A stretch of DNA of 64,000 nucleotides from a virus. Lineage: Duplodnaviria; Caudoviricetes. Both the position numbers and the translations under genes were made by a program. The number at the start of each line of letters is the position of its first letter. Position 1 is the stretch's first letter. The stretch covers positions 32,001 to 96,000 of IMG/VR virus record IMGVR_UViG_2706796482_000001; one strand, 5' to 3'. Positions 10,028 to 21,515 of this stretch are shown in pieces. The notes under the pieces are model-generated. The model worked only from the letters and a program-made list of their open reading frames with translations. It had not been told where the DNA came from and made no database searches.

Positions 10028-13000
10028 TGCAGACAACAACATTTGAAGTCAATAAGCTTTTGAAGGAGGGGCTTGCCGTTAAGGCACTGCCCCAGCTTAT
10101 TGCTGAATGGAACATGAATCGTTATGCTGGTATTCAGACAGTAGACAGCACCCCGACAGAGTACGATGAGGGTGACCCAGAATATTACCCAATTGAATCC
10201 ATTGCCGACCCTCTGCGACCATCCAAGAGTGGTATTGTCAAGGCACGCGCAAGCGTGGAGGGAATTGTCTCTGAATATACAGACAGGCCCGGCAATAAGA
10301 GGTATTACCTTTCCGGACTAGATGACCCATACAAGTATTGGAGCAGCCCAAAGGCTAGCTCTAATGTGGGTGGACAGAATGGATTTACAACGACTGTTCG
10401 CCCATACATTGTCTATAAGACCGCTTCATGGGTCAACAAGATTTATCTGCTTTTCGAGAACACAGCATCATTCCCTGTTGATTACGATATTGACGTAACG
10501 ACTGACGGAACCACGTGGACTACTGTCGGTGGAGATATTCAGCCTCCAGCAGATGGAAAGGTTACTCTATATCGACAGGCTAATGGTACATGGGGAACAA
10601 CTGTCTACCGAAACAATCCGGTAAAGCTTAAGGGCATTCGCATCAAGGTAAATACCATTTCAGCTCTAGGAAAGTACCTGGAGCTGATTGAGATGTCCCT
10701 GCGTCTTGAGCAAGATTTGACGTCTACGCTTATCAGCAGCGATTCTCAGTTCAGCATGGGAACGACCTCATTCGTCACTCCTTTGGGTGGAGCCTCATCC
10801 AATACTGCTAGCATTCAGCTATCAAATATTGATGGTCGTTACAACAACACCAATGACGAATCTCTCTTCTATGGCCTCATCGACAAGAACGTAAAGTTCA
10901 CTTACAGCATTGGTTATGACACAACGCCGGTAGGTGGAAGTGGAATGGTCTATATCAGAGAATACACCATGTTCGCTGATAGTTGGGCGGGTCAGGGAGA
11001 AGAGGTTGCAACAGTCTCCATGAAGGATGCCTCCAAGTTCTTGCAGGAAATGAAGCCTCCTAAGATGTTCTTCGAGAACATGACCCTTGCCCGAATTGTT
11101 TGGCAGCTTTGTGACATCATGGGATTCAGCGACTATGCCTACGAAAAGATTGATGACGACAAGGCAACTATCGTTCCTTACTTCTGGACTGATGGAGAGA
11201 AGACGATTTGGGAAATCTTCTCAAGCCTAGCAGTCACCACTCAGAGTGCAATCTACTTTGACGAATTCGGTATCCTACAGATTCTCACAAGAGACAAGGC
11301 TTACAACATTGGTAATCCAATCGCCTGGCAGCTTGACGGTCTAAAGAATGGAACAAAGCAGCCTGATATCGTTGACCTTTCTCAGCAGTATGACTATGAA
11401 GCCAACAATGTCACAGTTCGCTACTCAAAGGCGACTATGTCTGAGACGCAGCAGGGTCGTACTCCAGTAATGGACATCGTCTGGCAGCCAGAAGGCGATG
11501 TCGTATTGCGCTCAAGCCAGCTACGAGAAGCAATGAATAGCTCACAGATGTTTATCAGAATGACCGGTAGCGAAGCGGCCACTTGGCCATATCAGGGAAT
11601 CATCGAATGTGAAGGTGAGCTGATGCGCTATGACGCCAAGGGATATTGGTATTACAACAAATCTGGTGTCAGCACGTTCAAGGCTATCAAGTCTGCCGAT
11701 GAAAAGAAGCAGATTGATGAGGAGCTAAGCTCTCCTGAGCTTAAGTACAAGAATGCTTTCTCTGGTTGGTTCCGCATTACGGAGAGAGGTCTTTGGAACA
11801 CCTATCCAGCAGCTCATACAGATGACGCAAACGGATATGGAGTCAAGGTAGCAAACTACAAGGGTGACTACAAGACCTGGCGAGGGGGCTTTGTTCACAA
11901 CAAGGACCAGTCAACAGTCAGCTTGAAGGCCACCACAACGACCAATGTAAATACTTGTTACGTAGCCTCACGAGGTAGCGAAACAGATAAAAGCATTTGG
12001 TACGTGGGCACCAGGCTACGTTTCAGGGACTCTGGATACAAGCACGGAATGGCAGGCATCGCTTTCAATCTAGGTTCAAAGGACAAGGGCTACTACATGG
12101 AGATTTGTCGAACTGACAGACTTCCTGGTGGACGAAAGTATCAGAATGAAATCAACTTCTACATTCGTAGAAGCAATGGAAAGCTGGAACGATTTGGTCC
12201 TGACAAGGGCAAGGGTGTCGCAATGGCTATCTCCAAGAACATCTGGTACGACATTGACATTGCCATTCGAATGGAGAACGGTGTCTATGGAGACCCAGGA
12301 GCCTTTGTTGGTCACGTCATTCAGGTCAGTATCAATGGCCAGAACAAGATGACCTTCACCATTCCAAGGGCAAAGAAGGAACCTCTAACAGGTCGCTTTG
12401 GCGTCTTTACTCGTGGAAGCACTCACGCCGACTTTGAGTATCTGTACGGAAACGGAACAACAGAGGACTTGCACATTGACACTACAGGATTCTTCGACAG
12501 AATTCGAGGCGGTATTGTAAGTAGCCAGGCTTATACAGAATGGCTTTACAAGTGGCACTACACCAGCCACATCGTCAAGAAAAAGAAGAAGTATCTGTGG
12601 GCCAGATATGCAAATCGATTCTTCGATGATTTCGGAGCAATCTGTCATGAAGTGAGAGAGTTTGATGTGAAGTTTGATAAGGCACCAGCCGTTCATTCCA
12701 ACATCTATTTCTCAAACAATACACAGATTGTTTGTCCAGAATATCAGTCCGACCCATTTGGAGCTAAGTTCATTCTGGCCAATGCCTATCGAAGTAATGC
12801 AATCGTCAATGGTGAGGATACCCTCACCTATGGAGCAGACAATTCTATTGAACAGAAGCTGATGATTTATGGTCGAACCATTACTAAGGAAGATGAAAAG
12901 ACAATCATCTCAAAGAATGATGATGCTATTCGTCGTCGTGGTCAGGTCGATACAGAAATTCAGCCTGAATGGATTCAGTCTGAGAGTGGTGCACAGGCCC

Positions 13001-13221
13001 TTGCTGATTGGGTAACTCATCATTGGGCAGACGGTTGTGACGAGGTGGAAGCTGAAATCTTTGGCAACCCATTGCTACAGCTTGGAGATATCGTCTCAGT
13101 CAATTATCCACAGAAGGATTTCGACCCGGTACATCACAGGTACTTTGTAGTTGAAGTCCAAAGAGGATATGACACTGGATACGACAACACGAAGCTCACG
13201 TTGCGCAGAGTCAAGATTTAA
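10027..13221 (+). CDS. Minor tail / baseplate hub protein
   Basis: 1064 aa; C-terminal GNPLLQLGDIV...Y motif typical of tail hub proteins. Confidence 0.7.
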   Translation: MQTTTFEVNKLLKEGLAVKALPQLIAEWNMNRYAGIQTVDSTPTEYDEGDPEYYPIESIADPLRPSKSGIVKARASVEGIVSEYTDRPGNKRYYLSGLDDPYKYWSSPKASSNVGGQNGFTTTVRPYIVYKTASWVNKIYLLFENTASFPVDYDIDVTTDGTTWTTVGGDIQPPADGKVTLYRQANGTWGTTVYRNNPVKLKGIRIKVNTISALGKYLELIEMSLRLEQDLTSTLISSDSQFSMGTTSFVTPLGGASSNTASIQLSNIDGRYNNTNDESLFYGLIDKNVKFTYSIGYDTTPVGGSGMVYIREYTMFADSWAGQGEEVATVSMKDASKFLQEMKPPKMFFENMTLARIVWQLCDIMGFSDYAYEKIDDDKATIVPYFWTDGEKTIWEIFSSLAVTTQSAIYFDEFGILQILTRDKAYNIGNPIAWQLDGLKNGTKQPDIVDLSQQYDYEANNVTVRYSKATMSETQQGRTPVMDIVWQPEGDVVLRSSQLREAMNSSQMFIRMTGSEAATWPYQGIIECEGELMRYDAKGYWYYNKSGVSTFKAIKSADEKKQIDEELSSPELKYKNAFSGWFRITERGLWNTYPAAHTDDANGYGVKVANYKGDYKTWRGGFVHNKDQSTVSLKATTTTNVNTCYVASRGSETDKSIWYVGTRLRFRDSGYKHGMAGIAFNLGSKDKGYYMEICRTDRLPGGRKYQNEINFYIRRSNGKLERFGPDKGKGVAMAISKNIWYDIDIAIRMENGVYGDPGAFVGHVIQVSINGQNKMTFTIPRAKKEPLTGRFGVFTRGSTHADFEYLYGNGTTEDLHIDTTGFFDRIRGGIVSSQAYTEWLYKWHYTSHIVKKKKKYLWARYANRFFDDFGAICHEVREFDVKFDKAPAVHSNIYFSNNTQIVCPEYQSDPFGAKFILANAYRSNAIVNGEDTLTYGADNSIEQKLMIYGRTITKEDEKTIISKNDDAIRRRGQVDTEIQPEWIQSESGAQALADWVTHHWADGCDEVEAEIFGNPLLQLGDIVSVNYPQKDFDPVHHRYFVVEVQRGYDTGYDNTKLTLRRVKI

Positions 13222-13257
13222 TTTTGCCTTTGTGCAACTCTGAGATATAATCAATCC

Positions 13258-13620
13258 ATGAGCATTAACAGCAATCAAATCATCAAGAAGCCTGATGTCG
13301 TCATCGACCCCAATTTCTTTCTTCCACCTGGGGTCGTTGATGCTCGTTACCCAAACGAGATTGAAGTCACCACAGACGAAATCACTGATGTTGTAGACAC
13401 AGATGATGTACTCGATGCTGATAGTGACACAATTCTGGACGAGCCAGAAGAGACTGGTGAGGATAATGACACTGTAATCCTATATCCACCTGACACAGTA
13501 ATTGTTGTGAGCCAGACTATTCGTTTTGATGGTTCTGGCAAGCAGGTGGTAGATGTGATTCTGGAAGTGCCAGATGTTCAGGACTCCATTCAGGTAGACG
13601 TTAGGATGACAAAGGCATGA
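13258..13620 (+). CDS. Minor tail protein (acidic, hypothetical)
   Basis: 120-aa ORF in tail module. Confidence 0.5.
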   Translation: MSINSNQIIKKPDVVIDPNFFLPPGVVDARYPNEIEVTTDEITDVVDTDDVLDADSDTILDEPEETGEDNDTVILYPPDTVIVVSQTIRFDGSGKQVVDVILEVPDVQDSIQVDVRMTKA

Positions 13621-14414
13621 TAACAACTCAGGGAAAGTCAGTAATCTTTAGATATCTAGCAGGAAATCTTCCACGTATCGCAGAGTCAATTGCGGTGGGA
13701 ATCGGCAACTCAGCAGAGAATGTCAATGACACCATTCTTGATTTTGAGACGGAAAGAATTCCTGTTACTTTGGTGTCTGCTGATATTCTGAATGACAAAA
13801 TCGTCTTCAAGGGAACCATTCCACAAGAATATGTAGGAACCATCTATGAGGTAGGTCTTTGGTACGGAATTCCTCCACAGACATCCGGTGGAAGCACAGT
13901 CATCGTAAGCTTTGATTCTGATACAGAAGGCTGGCTGCCAGCAACATGGAATACGTCTGTAGCACGAATTGGTGTAGATGGATTGCAGGTGGCTGGAGGG
14001 GCTAGCTCAAAGCTTTCCGACATTGCCCTAGATATGTCTGTATACTCAGATGCAGATTTCATGTCTCTGGCCTATAACGCAGATGCAGCAATCAACAATG
14101 TTGCTATCAGATTCAGTACAGACGACACAAACTATTACGAATACAGTTTTGTGGCTGCCACTGGTTATGAAATCAAGACCATGGGCAAGACAGCTTTTAC
14201 AGCAACTGGAACTCCTGATTGGAGCAATATCACTTCAATCACTGTTTCAGCGACCGGTACAGGAAATGTAGTTTTTGATGGTATTAGAGCAGAAGATGCA
14301 GATACCATCAGTACAGACTACGCCCTTGTTGCCAGGTCAGTCCTCGGTACTCCAAAGGTGAAAACCTCAGACACCGAAATGGACATTGAGTACGCATTGG
14401 AAATTAATATATGA
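13617..14414 (+). CDS. Minor tail protein
   Basis: MITTQGK...IAVGIG N-terminus typical of tail proteins. Confidence 0.6.
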   Translation: MITTQGKSVIFRYLAGNLPRIAESIAVGIGNSAENVNDTILDFETERIPVTLVSADILNDKIVFKGTIPQEYVGTIYEVGLWYGIPPQTSGGSTVIVSFDSDTEGWLPATWNTSVARIGVDGLQVAGGASSKLSDIALDMSVYSDADFMSLAYNADAAINNVAIRFSTDDTNYYEYSFVAATGYEIKTMGKTAFTATGTPDWSNITSITVSATGTGNVVFDGIRAEDADTISTDYALVARSVLGTPKVKTSDTEMDIEYALEINI

Positions 14415-17400
14415 GACTTCTACTAAGAGACCTAACGCCAGGTACGGATTACAATATCCAGCTTCGCTCAAATGACGGAACCAACGTATCCGACTGGAGC
14501 AGGATTTTTCCGCTTACCACAATTCAGGACACCCTGGCTCCAGCACACCCTGTCAACGTCACATGGGTAGTTAACCGAACCGCATTCTCAGCAAAATGGG
14601 ATGCGGTTACTCAGAATGAAGACGCAAGCCCAATAGAAGATTTCTCTCACTACATTGTCAGGCTTACAGACGGAACAACTGTCGTCAATGTCAAGACAAC
14701 CAATACATTCTATGACCTGGCGTTCGAGACGAATAAGGCTTTCTTCGGTACTCCGAAGGCTACCGTCAGCATTACTGTATTTGCTGTTGACCTTACAGGC
14801 AACATCTCAGAGCCTTCTAGCACTCTGTCTGCAACCAACCCACCACCACCTGACCCAACTGGAGTAGCAGCGGCCGGTATTGTGGGTGGCGTAAGCATGA
14901 AGTGGGACGTACAGGTAATCGATGACCTCGCAGCTTATGACGTATACATGAGCACAACTGGCTCAGGATTTACCCCAACCAATTCAAACAGAGTATACAG
15001 CGGTACTGGAAATACCTTCGTATTCGACAGCAGTTCTCTGGGAATTCTTCACTACTTCAAGATTCGCTCTCGTGACGTATTTGATAGCATTTCAAATTAC
15101 GTCACTGTTTCAGCGACCCCAATTTCCCCAACTGATGTAGACACAACAGCACCCGGTGTTCCAACAGGTCTAGCAGTCACTATGGCTGTAGATACCAATG
15201 ACTCAGCTTTCGCAACGGCTGCTCTGTCATGGACTGCTCCATCTGACACTGACCTTGCTGGATACGTTGTACGATACAAGCAGAATGCAAGTAGCACCTA
15301 CGACTACGTAAATGTTCCTGTAGGCACGACCTCAATTACAATTGGAGGTCTAGTTGTTGGTGTCCAGTACAACTTCTCAGTACAGTCATTCGACCGAAGC
15401 ACCAACAGAAGCGCATTTTCTGCTGCTGTAAATGGAACTGCCGTTAACACTGCTCCGTCAACTCCAGCGGCTCCAACTGCTGTAGCTGACGTAATGAGCA
15501 TTCAGGTAAGCCACGCTTTGCAGAAGGCTGCATCCGGACGACTTGAATCAGATGTCAGCTATCTTGAGGTCCACCTAGGAACTACCTCTACATTCACCGC
15601 AAGCGACTCCACGATGATTGGACAATTGCAGGTAGAGCCTGGCAGCACCTTCGTTTCCGAAGTTTTCAACACGCCTGCTCAGGACACTTCTCTAGCACGT
15701 TGGGTCCGAGTCATTGCCGTTGACCGAGGTGGATTGAAGTCTGCTGCATCCGCAGTAGCCTCTGTCACAGTTGGTCTTATCAGCAATGCCTACATTGCCA
15801 ATGCGACCATTACCTCTGCAAAGATTAACAATCTCGATGCCAACAAGATTACGGCCGGTACGGGTATTATCAATGCTTTGCTTATCAAGGCATCTTTGAC
15901 TGTAGATACTGGTGGTGTAATCAAGAGCACGAACTATGCAGCAGGTAGTGTTGGCTATCAGCTATCCAATAACACCCTTGAAATCAATCAGGGTACAATT
16001 CGTGCCGCTGCACTTCTTTTGCAGGATGCTCCTAACATCGTTCAGCCTCAGTACGCTGACTTTGAATTCCAGTCAACCTGGTACACAGGAAAGACTGTCG
16101 TATTCAACGATGGCGGAACAACAACTTGGGCAATTGCGACCGCACCAGAAGTGACATCAAAGTTTGGTACTCAGTGCCTTAAGCACACTTGGACTGGTGG
16201 AGGAACGTTCTCCAGAGTTTATCAGGGTGCAAGTTACACGGACTACAATGTCATTGTAGAGCCAAACACTGATTACATTGCTTCTGTATGGGTGTTCAAT
16301 CCATCAGGCTCCGGTGACAAGGCGGTTGGGTTTGGTGTCAAGATGGGTGACGGAGCAACTTATCCACAGCCTGGTGGAACTCCAACCGTTGTAGCTAATG
16401 GCACCTGGACAAGAATTCAGGGTACATTCAACACTGGAGCAAACAGCACTCTCATGACTTACATGAGCCTTTATGCTGCTGGTTCCGTGTACTTTGATGG
16501 AATTCAGATTGAGCGAAAGCTAACCAGTGCAACAACTGCTTCTCCATGGAGAGCGCCAAGCACCACCTCTATTGATGGTGGAATTATCCGTACTGGTGAG
16601 ATTCGTTCTACCGCTTTGGCAAATGGTCTTTCAGGGCAGCCAGCATGGTCAATTAACATGACTGGTGGTGCCCAGTTTGGTGATGCCACAGTTCGAGGAC
16701 GTATTGTTGTTGGTGACCCAGCGAATCCAACTGCTGACGGAACGGCTTCTCGCATTCATTCTGCGAATTATTCAGCCGGTGTGAGTGGATGGATTATCCG
16801 TAACGATGGATATGCAGAATTCCGACAGCTTGCTGTAAATTCAATCAAGGTAACTGCCCTTGACTCACCGATGCAGAACAACACCTACGCAAAGCTCTTT
16901 GACTATATGCAGGACGGAAGTCTTTGGCTACAGTCTGGTTCCGTAACCCAGAAGACTGACCCTGGTGCTTACTCTGCCGAGTCTCTATTCGAATTCACAG
17001 GTCCAGGTCTGGTTCTAAGAAATGCAGTCGGTGTTACCAAGGTTGCTTATGACCCTACCATTCTGTACCGTATCTCAGCTCGTATCCGTGCGTATGAGGT
17101 AGCGACTCTGAATGCCAACCCAGGCTTTGAAACAAACACGTCTGGATGGTTTGCTTATGGCTCAAACAGCATTACCCGAGACACTACAAAGAAGTTTGCT
17201 GGAGTCGCATCTGTTCGTTGGGACCAGGTTGGTTCTTCAAACGGTGTCTACGGAATGGGAACTGTTGTCAATGTCAAGGCTGGTAGAACATACAACTTTG
17301 CTGCTCGTGTACTTCCAAACAGCACTGTTATTCGAGACAACCTCAAGATGAACATCGTCTGGAAGGACGCTGCGAATGCGACTATTTCTACAACCTTCAA

Positions 17401-20400
17401 CGACATGGCTCCACCTGTAGACGAGAACAACGTAGCAATTCCTATCGATGGAGTTACTTGGGTACAGTTTGCATCTCAGGGAATCGCTCCTGTTGGAGCT
17501 ACGACTGCCAGCTTTGAAATTCAGGCCGGTATTTCTGGAAGCCCTGTTGCAGGTATTCAGGGATGGTTTGACGATGTCCTGATTACTACAGCTCCTCGTG
17601 TCAAGGTAGGTCTGTTCGGCTTTGATAATGCGAACAATGTTATTGACTGGGACTTTGTTGACGCTGCAACGACCCCTACCAAGATGCACGCAATGCCTAC
17701 AGATTATAGCCAGCTAGCAACTTTGGCCGGTGCTCAGTACATGATGGTTTCTAACGACCAGGAAGTATCAATTGCTTCTGGTACAGGTAACACCACAGCA
17801 GACTGGATTACTGTAACTGGTTATGTTCGTGGTCGTGGTGGTACTGGAACTGATGGTCTATTCGGTATCCAGGGACAGGCTAATGACCCTTATGCTCCAG
17901 CGGCTCTAAACCAGTCTGTTCGCTACCTTGTGCCTTATGTAGAATTTGATATCGCAAGCGGCTCAAAGGCTCAGCTTGACCAGTTCTCCATTGAGGCATA
18001 CGAGAACGGTGCTCCAGGAAAGATTGACACAACTGATATCAATGGAACAAAGGGTATCTCAATTGAAAACATTGAAGATGACTCTGAGTTCGACCACGCT
18101 ATCAGATTCTACACTGGCGCATCAGACGAAATGAAGCCCGGTATGATTGGTCACATTCTTGATGGTGACCTTAACAGTGCTGCTCACATTCGTATTGCTC
18201 CTCCAATGCTCAATAACCAGAGCACTTATGGTCGAGTGTACCTTGGTATCTACGACAGGAATCCTAACTACATTTATGACTCTTCATTCCAGAAGGGAAT
18301 TGTAAACTGGACTCCTAATCCAGCAACTCCTGGCTCAGTGGTTTCATGGGATGAAACAGTTGGTCATATTGAGACTGGCTCATTGAAGATTACTACAAAC
18401 GGTACTCCTGTAGCAGCCACTGAAATATATGGTAAGTATGACATTTATACCGCAGACCACCCAGACCTGATTGGAAACAATCTGTCTGCATCAGGTTGGA
18501 TGAAGCCAGGAATGCTCAAGCCTGTTCGTATGTACATCAATTTCCATGACGAAAATGGTGCAATCATCAACGGATACTATTGGCAGAGAACTCCAGCCAA
18601 TACAACCGACTGGCTCAGGTACACTCTTACAACCCCAATTCCTGTACCAGACAATTGCTACTATGTAAGGTATTTCTGGTGGTGGAACAATGCTGCCGCT
18701 GGTGAAACAATTTGGGTTGATGAGGTTCAGCTCGAAACAGGCGGAATCTCTAACTATAGAGATGCGCAGGCATCAATTGTTTCCTTGACAAGCGACGTTG
18801 TAAGGTCAACAGGCTCAATCATCATCTCAACTTCTGACCTGGACATTCCTACGAATGTATGGGGTGGCGGAGCAAAGCGTAGGGACATGACTACCTACCC
18901 ATCATTCATCTCACAGACTGATGGTGGTAGCGGTATCTTTAGAGCAATTAACTACACTGACTCTTATGGAAACCGTGCGTCAACAACAGTCTCTAATTTT
19001 GCAGCAGACGGTACGGAAGAAGCAGCGCTAAGAATTTATGCAGCACAGGATGATAGATATCCAGGAAGAGTTGCGATTACAAACCTTTCAGGTAGTTTCG
19101 CAATTTCAACCTATGCAGACGATGGCTCTGATATGACGACGAGCACGAATGTTCGTATTGGTGGTCATCTGGATGTACAGGGTACCCCACCTTGGGTAGC
19201 GCCAACACTTTCAAATGGTGTGAATTATTCAGCGGCGTACAATGTCTCCTACTACAAGAGTAACGGAAATGTCTATCTTCGAGGAGTTATTCAGACCTAT
19301 ACGAAGACAAACACTCTGTTCACGCTGCCTTCTGGATATCGTCCAGCGCAGACTGTATATTTGAATGCCATTCAATGGAGTAGTGCAACATCAACAAATT
19401 CTGTTCTATTGCAGGTAAATACGACTGGTACTGTTCAGGTTACCTCTTCTGCAAGCACACTGGCTCAGCTATCTCTTGATGGCCTGTATTTCAGTATTGC
19501 TCCAGAAGCGGCTGCGCCTCCTGTAACTGGTGACACTACGCCTCCTGCTGCGCCTTCTGGCTTTAGCATTAATGCGTACAGCTCCGGTTCCTCAACAGGT
19601 GTTTACCAATTGAAGTGGACCAACCCAAGCACCTCCGATACGGCTGGTGTCAAGATTATCTGGAGAACTGACCGTTATCCAACAGTCACGATTCCTACAT
19701 CTGGAACAAGGACGTTGACTACTGATGGAAGCATTATCACCGTAACTGGTACTCCATCTCAGGCAAAGTCTTACAACCATTCCGGACTTCCTGTCAATAA
19801 GACAATCTACTATAGAATTGTTGCATACGATAAGTCAGGAAATCACTCCGGATACCTATCAGCTTCAAGGTACCTATTGGCATCACCATTCACTATTTAC
19901 GCTACGGATTCAGATGCTTACCGTCTTGGATACGGTGGTATGTGGCGTAACGACGGTGACGCTCCTTATCAGGGTGATTGGACTGAGAATGACAATCACA
20001 GAGGACTATTCTTCTATGGAGATGGAATCTATAACAAGCTGGCAACTGGTGGTGTTGTAAGAACTCCTACCAAGATGACAGTCTATGTTCAGAGACAGAG
20101 CACTTCTCATGGTAACAACTCTGGAGTCGGATTGAATCTACGAGGTCACACATATGGCTCTAAGCCTTCTGGAGACCCGGTAGGAAAGATGACAAATGAG
20201 GGCTCTGATGGAGATAGCATTGTAGCTCTTTCAAGAGGAGAAGCAGCAACTGTTACAATTCCATCAAGCTGGTACAACAACTTCGTGGACTCAACTTCTG
20301 CGAATAGGCTCAGGGGTGTAGGTTGTTATGGTAGCACAACAAGCGAATACCTCGTTCTGTACGGAAAGAGTTCAGGTTCATCCCATGGAAAGATTACCGT

Positions 20401-20416
20401 CTATCACAAGGGATGA
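14411..20416 (+). CDS. Large tail fibre / receptor-binding protein (FN3 and carbohydrate-binding-like modules)
   Basis: 2001 aa; repeated DTTAP..P..L...W...YxV FN3 signatures; NPGFE...W...DDV CBM-like units. Confidence 0.8.
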   Translation: MRLLLRDLTPGTDYNIQLRSNDGTNVSDWSRIFPLTTIQDTLAPAHPVNVTWVVNRTAFSAKWDAVTQNEDASPIEDFSHYIVRLTDGTTVVNVKTTNTFYDLAFETNKAFFGTPKATVSITVFAVDLTGNISEPSSTLSATNPPPPDPTGVAAAGIVGGVSMKWDVQVIDDLAAYDVYMSTTGSGFTPTNSNRVYSGTGNTFVFDSSSLGILHYFKIRSRDVFDSISNYVTVSATPISPTDVDTTAPGVPTGLAVTMAVDTNDSAFATAALSWTAPSDTDLAGYVVRYKQNASSTYDYVNVPVGTTSITIGGLVVGVQYNFSVQSFDRSTNRSAFSAAVNGTAVNTAPSTPAAPTAVADVMSIQVSHALQKAASGRLESDVSYLEVHLGTTSTFTASDSTMIGQLQVEPGSTFVSEVFNTPAQDTSLARWVRVIAVDRGGLKSAASAVASVTVGLISNAYIANATITSAKINNLDANKITAGTGIINALLIKASLTVDTGGVIKSTNYAAGSVGYQLSNNTLEINQGTIRAAALLLQDAPNIVQPQYADFEFQSTWYTGKTVVFNDGGTTTWAIATAPEVTSKFGTQCLKHTWTGGGTFSRVYQGASYTDYNVIVEPNTDYIASVWVFNPSGSGDKAVGFGVKMGDGATYPQPGGTPTVVANGTWTRIQGTFNTGANSTLMTYMSLYAAGSVYFDGIQIERKLTSATTASPWRAPSTTSIDGGIIRTGEIRSTALANGLSGQPAWSINMTGGAQFGDATVRGRIVVGDPANPTADGTASRIHSANYSAGVSGWIIRNDGYAEFRQLAVNSIKVTALDSPMQNNTYAKLFDYMQDGSLWLQSGSVTQKTDPGAYSAESLFEFTGPGLVLRNAVGVTKVAYDPTILYRISARIRAYEVATLNANPGFETNTSGWFAYGSNSITRDTTKKFAGVASVRWDQVGSSNGVYGMGTVVNVKAGRTYNFAARVLPNSTVIRDNLKMNIVWKDAANATISTTFNDMAPPVDENNVAIPIDGVTWVQFASQGIAPVGATTASFEIQAGISGSPVAGIQGWFDDVLITTAPRVKVGLFGFDNANNVIDWDFVDAATTPTKMHAMPTDYSQLATLAGAQYMMVSNDQEVSIASGTGNTTADWITVTGYVRGRGGTGTDGLFGIQGQANDPYAPAALNQSVRYLVPYVEFDIASGSKAQLDQFSIEAYENGAPGKIDTTDINGTKGISIENIEDDSEFDHAIRFYTGASDEMKPGMIGHILDGDLNSAAHIRIAPPMLNNQSTYGRVYLGIYDRNPNYIYDSSFQKGIVNWTPNPATPGSVVSWDETVGHIETGSLKITTNGTPVAATEIYGKYDIYTADHPDLIGNNLSASGWMKPGMLKPVRMYINFHDENGAIINGYYWQRTPANTTDWLRYTLTTPIPVPDNCYYVRYFWWWNNAAAGETIWVDEVQLETGGISNYRDAQASIVSLTSDVVRSTGSIIISTSDLDIPTNVWGGGAKRRDMTTYPSFISQTDGGSGIFRAINYTDSYGNRASTTVSNFAADGTEEAALRIYAAQDDRYPGRVAITNLSGSFAISTYADDGSDMTTSTNVRIGGHLDVQGTPPWVAPTLSNGVNYSAAYNVSYYKSNGNVYLRGVIQTYTKTNTLFTLPSGYRPAQTVYLNAIQWSSATSTNSVLLQVNTTGTVQVTSSASTLAQLSLDGLYFSIAPEAAAPPVTGDTTPPAAPSGFSINAYSSGSSTGVYQLKWTNPSTSDTAGVKIIWRTDRYPTVTIPTSGTRTLTTDGSIITVTGTPSQAKSYNHSGLPVNKTIYYRIVAYDKSGNHSGYLSASRYLLASPFTIYATDSDAYRLGYGGMWRNDGDAPYQGDWTENDNHRGLFFYGDGIYNKLATGGVVRTPTKMTVYVQRQSTSHGNNSGVGLNLRGHTYGSKPSGDPVGKMTNEGSDGDSIVALSRGEAATVTIPSSWYNNFVDSTSANRLRGVGCYGSTTSEYLVLYGKSSGSSHGKITVYHKG

Positions 20417-20492
20417 CCTTGGACTTGACAGATTGGCCCGGCATGGGCTAAGGTGTAGTTACACTTGGAAAAGAAAGAGAGAAATAGAATAA

Positions 20493-20696
20493 ATGATGAG
20501 TAAAGATGCTCTTAAGTTCCTAGCAATTAAGGAAAGAATTGCACAGATTACTGCTGATTATGAAGAGAGAATCGCAGACCTGCGTGCAGACTACACCTTG
20601 ACAGTCGAGGAGCTTAATGGCCAAGTTGCACAGCTAACCGAAGAGAATAACAATCTCAAGGCGGAACGCGATGCGGTGGCTGAGAAGAAGAACTAA
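20493..20696 (+). CDS. Coiled-coil hypothetical protein
   Basis: 67-aa ORF after purine-rich RBS. Confidence 0.55.
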   Translation: MMSKDALKFLAIKERIAQITADYEERIADLRADYTLTVEELNGQVAQLTEENNNLKAERDAVAEKKN

Positions 20697-21114
20697 GAAG
20701 CTAGTAGCGCCAACAGTCCCTGTGGATTATCCCACAGGGACTTGCGTGCAGACAGAGAAGGGCGTATTCTTCATCAAGGGTCGGTTCAGGTTCAGGGTGA
20801 CATCTGACCGAATCCTGTCAAGCTGGCAATATCCCTTTGTGATTCCCTCTACAGAGGCGGCTTGCACGAAGTACAAGATAGGCGGTAAGCTAGGCTTTCG
20901 TCAAGGAACTTTGGTTAAGGATATGTCCAATGGTAAAATGTATCTGATATCAGAGAATCTTAGACGACAGATAGTTTCGCCAGACTTCTTTGATGTCATG
21001 CTATTTCCCAGAGACAAGATGATTGAAGCGTCTCCGGAGGAAATCGCCCTACACAAGGAAGGAGAGAACATAACTTGGCAACTACCCCCTACAAGCCTAC
21101 AAGCTGGTCAGTAG
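20671..21114 (+). CDS. Hypothetical protein
   Basis: 147-aa ORF. Confidence 0.55.
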   Translation: MRWLRRRTKKLVAPTVPVDYPTGTCVQTEKGVFFIKGRFRFRVTSDRILSSWQYPFVIPSTEAACTKYKIGGKLGFRQGTLVKDMSNGKMYLISENLRRQIVSPDFFDVMLFPRDKMIEASPEEIALHKEGENITWQLPPTSLQAGQ

Positions 21115-21515
21115 GTGAGCAGATTACTCGTGAGAAGCTAAACCAGATGACTTCTAACGACCAGTATATCTTTGAGAATCAGCCTAATGCATTCTACAAT
21201 GCACACGGAATCAAGAAGACTTCTGGTCTCAAGATTATGGCTGGTTACGTTTACATCAAGGGTGGAAAGGCCCGGCACTACGAGAAGGCTGTTTATTTTG
21301 GTAACTTCTTCTCAGTAGGATGCAAGCCAGTAATCGTAACAGGACAGGTCATTCAGAAGCAGTCACGAATTCACTGCATCATCCGTGGTCTAACTGGAGA
21401 ATACTGGCCAGACCACAGAGGCTTTACTGCTGTCGTTGACTCTGACGAGCTAAGCTCAAAGTCAAACTATTTCCACTATGGCGTGAACGTTCAGTTCATT
21501 GCTGTTGGATATTAA
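21075..21515 (+). CDS. Putative minor tail/fibre-associated protein
   Basis: W..GE.IT.EKLN motif, C-terminal IAVGY. Confidence 0.55.
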   Translation: MATTPYKPTSWSVGEQITREKLNQMTSNDQYIFENQPNAFYNAHGIKKTSGLKIMAGYVYIKGGKARHYEKAVYFGNFFSVGCKPVIVTGQVIQKQSRIHCIIRGLTGEYWPDHRGFTAVVDSDELSSKSNYFHYGVNVQFIAVGY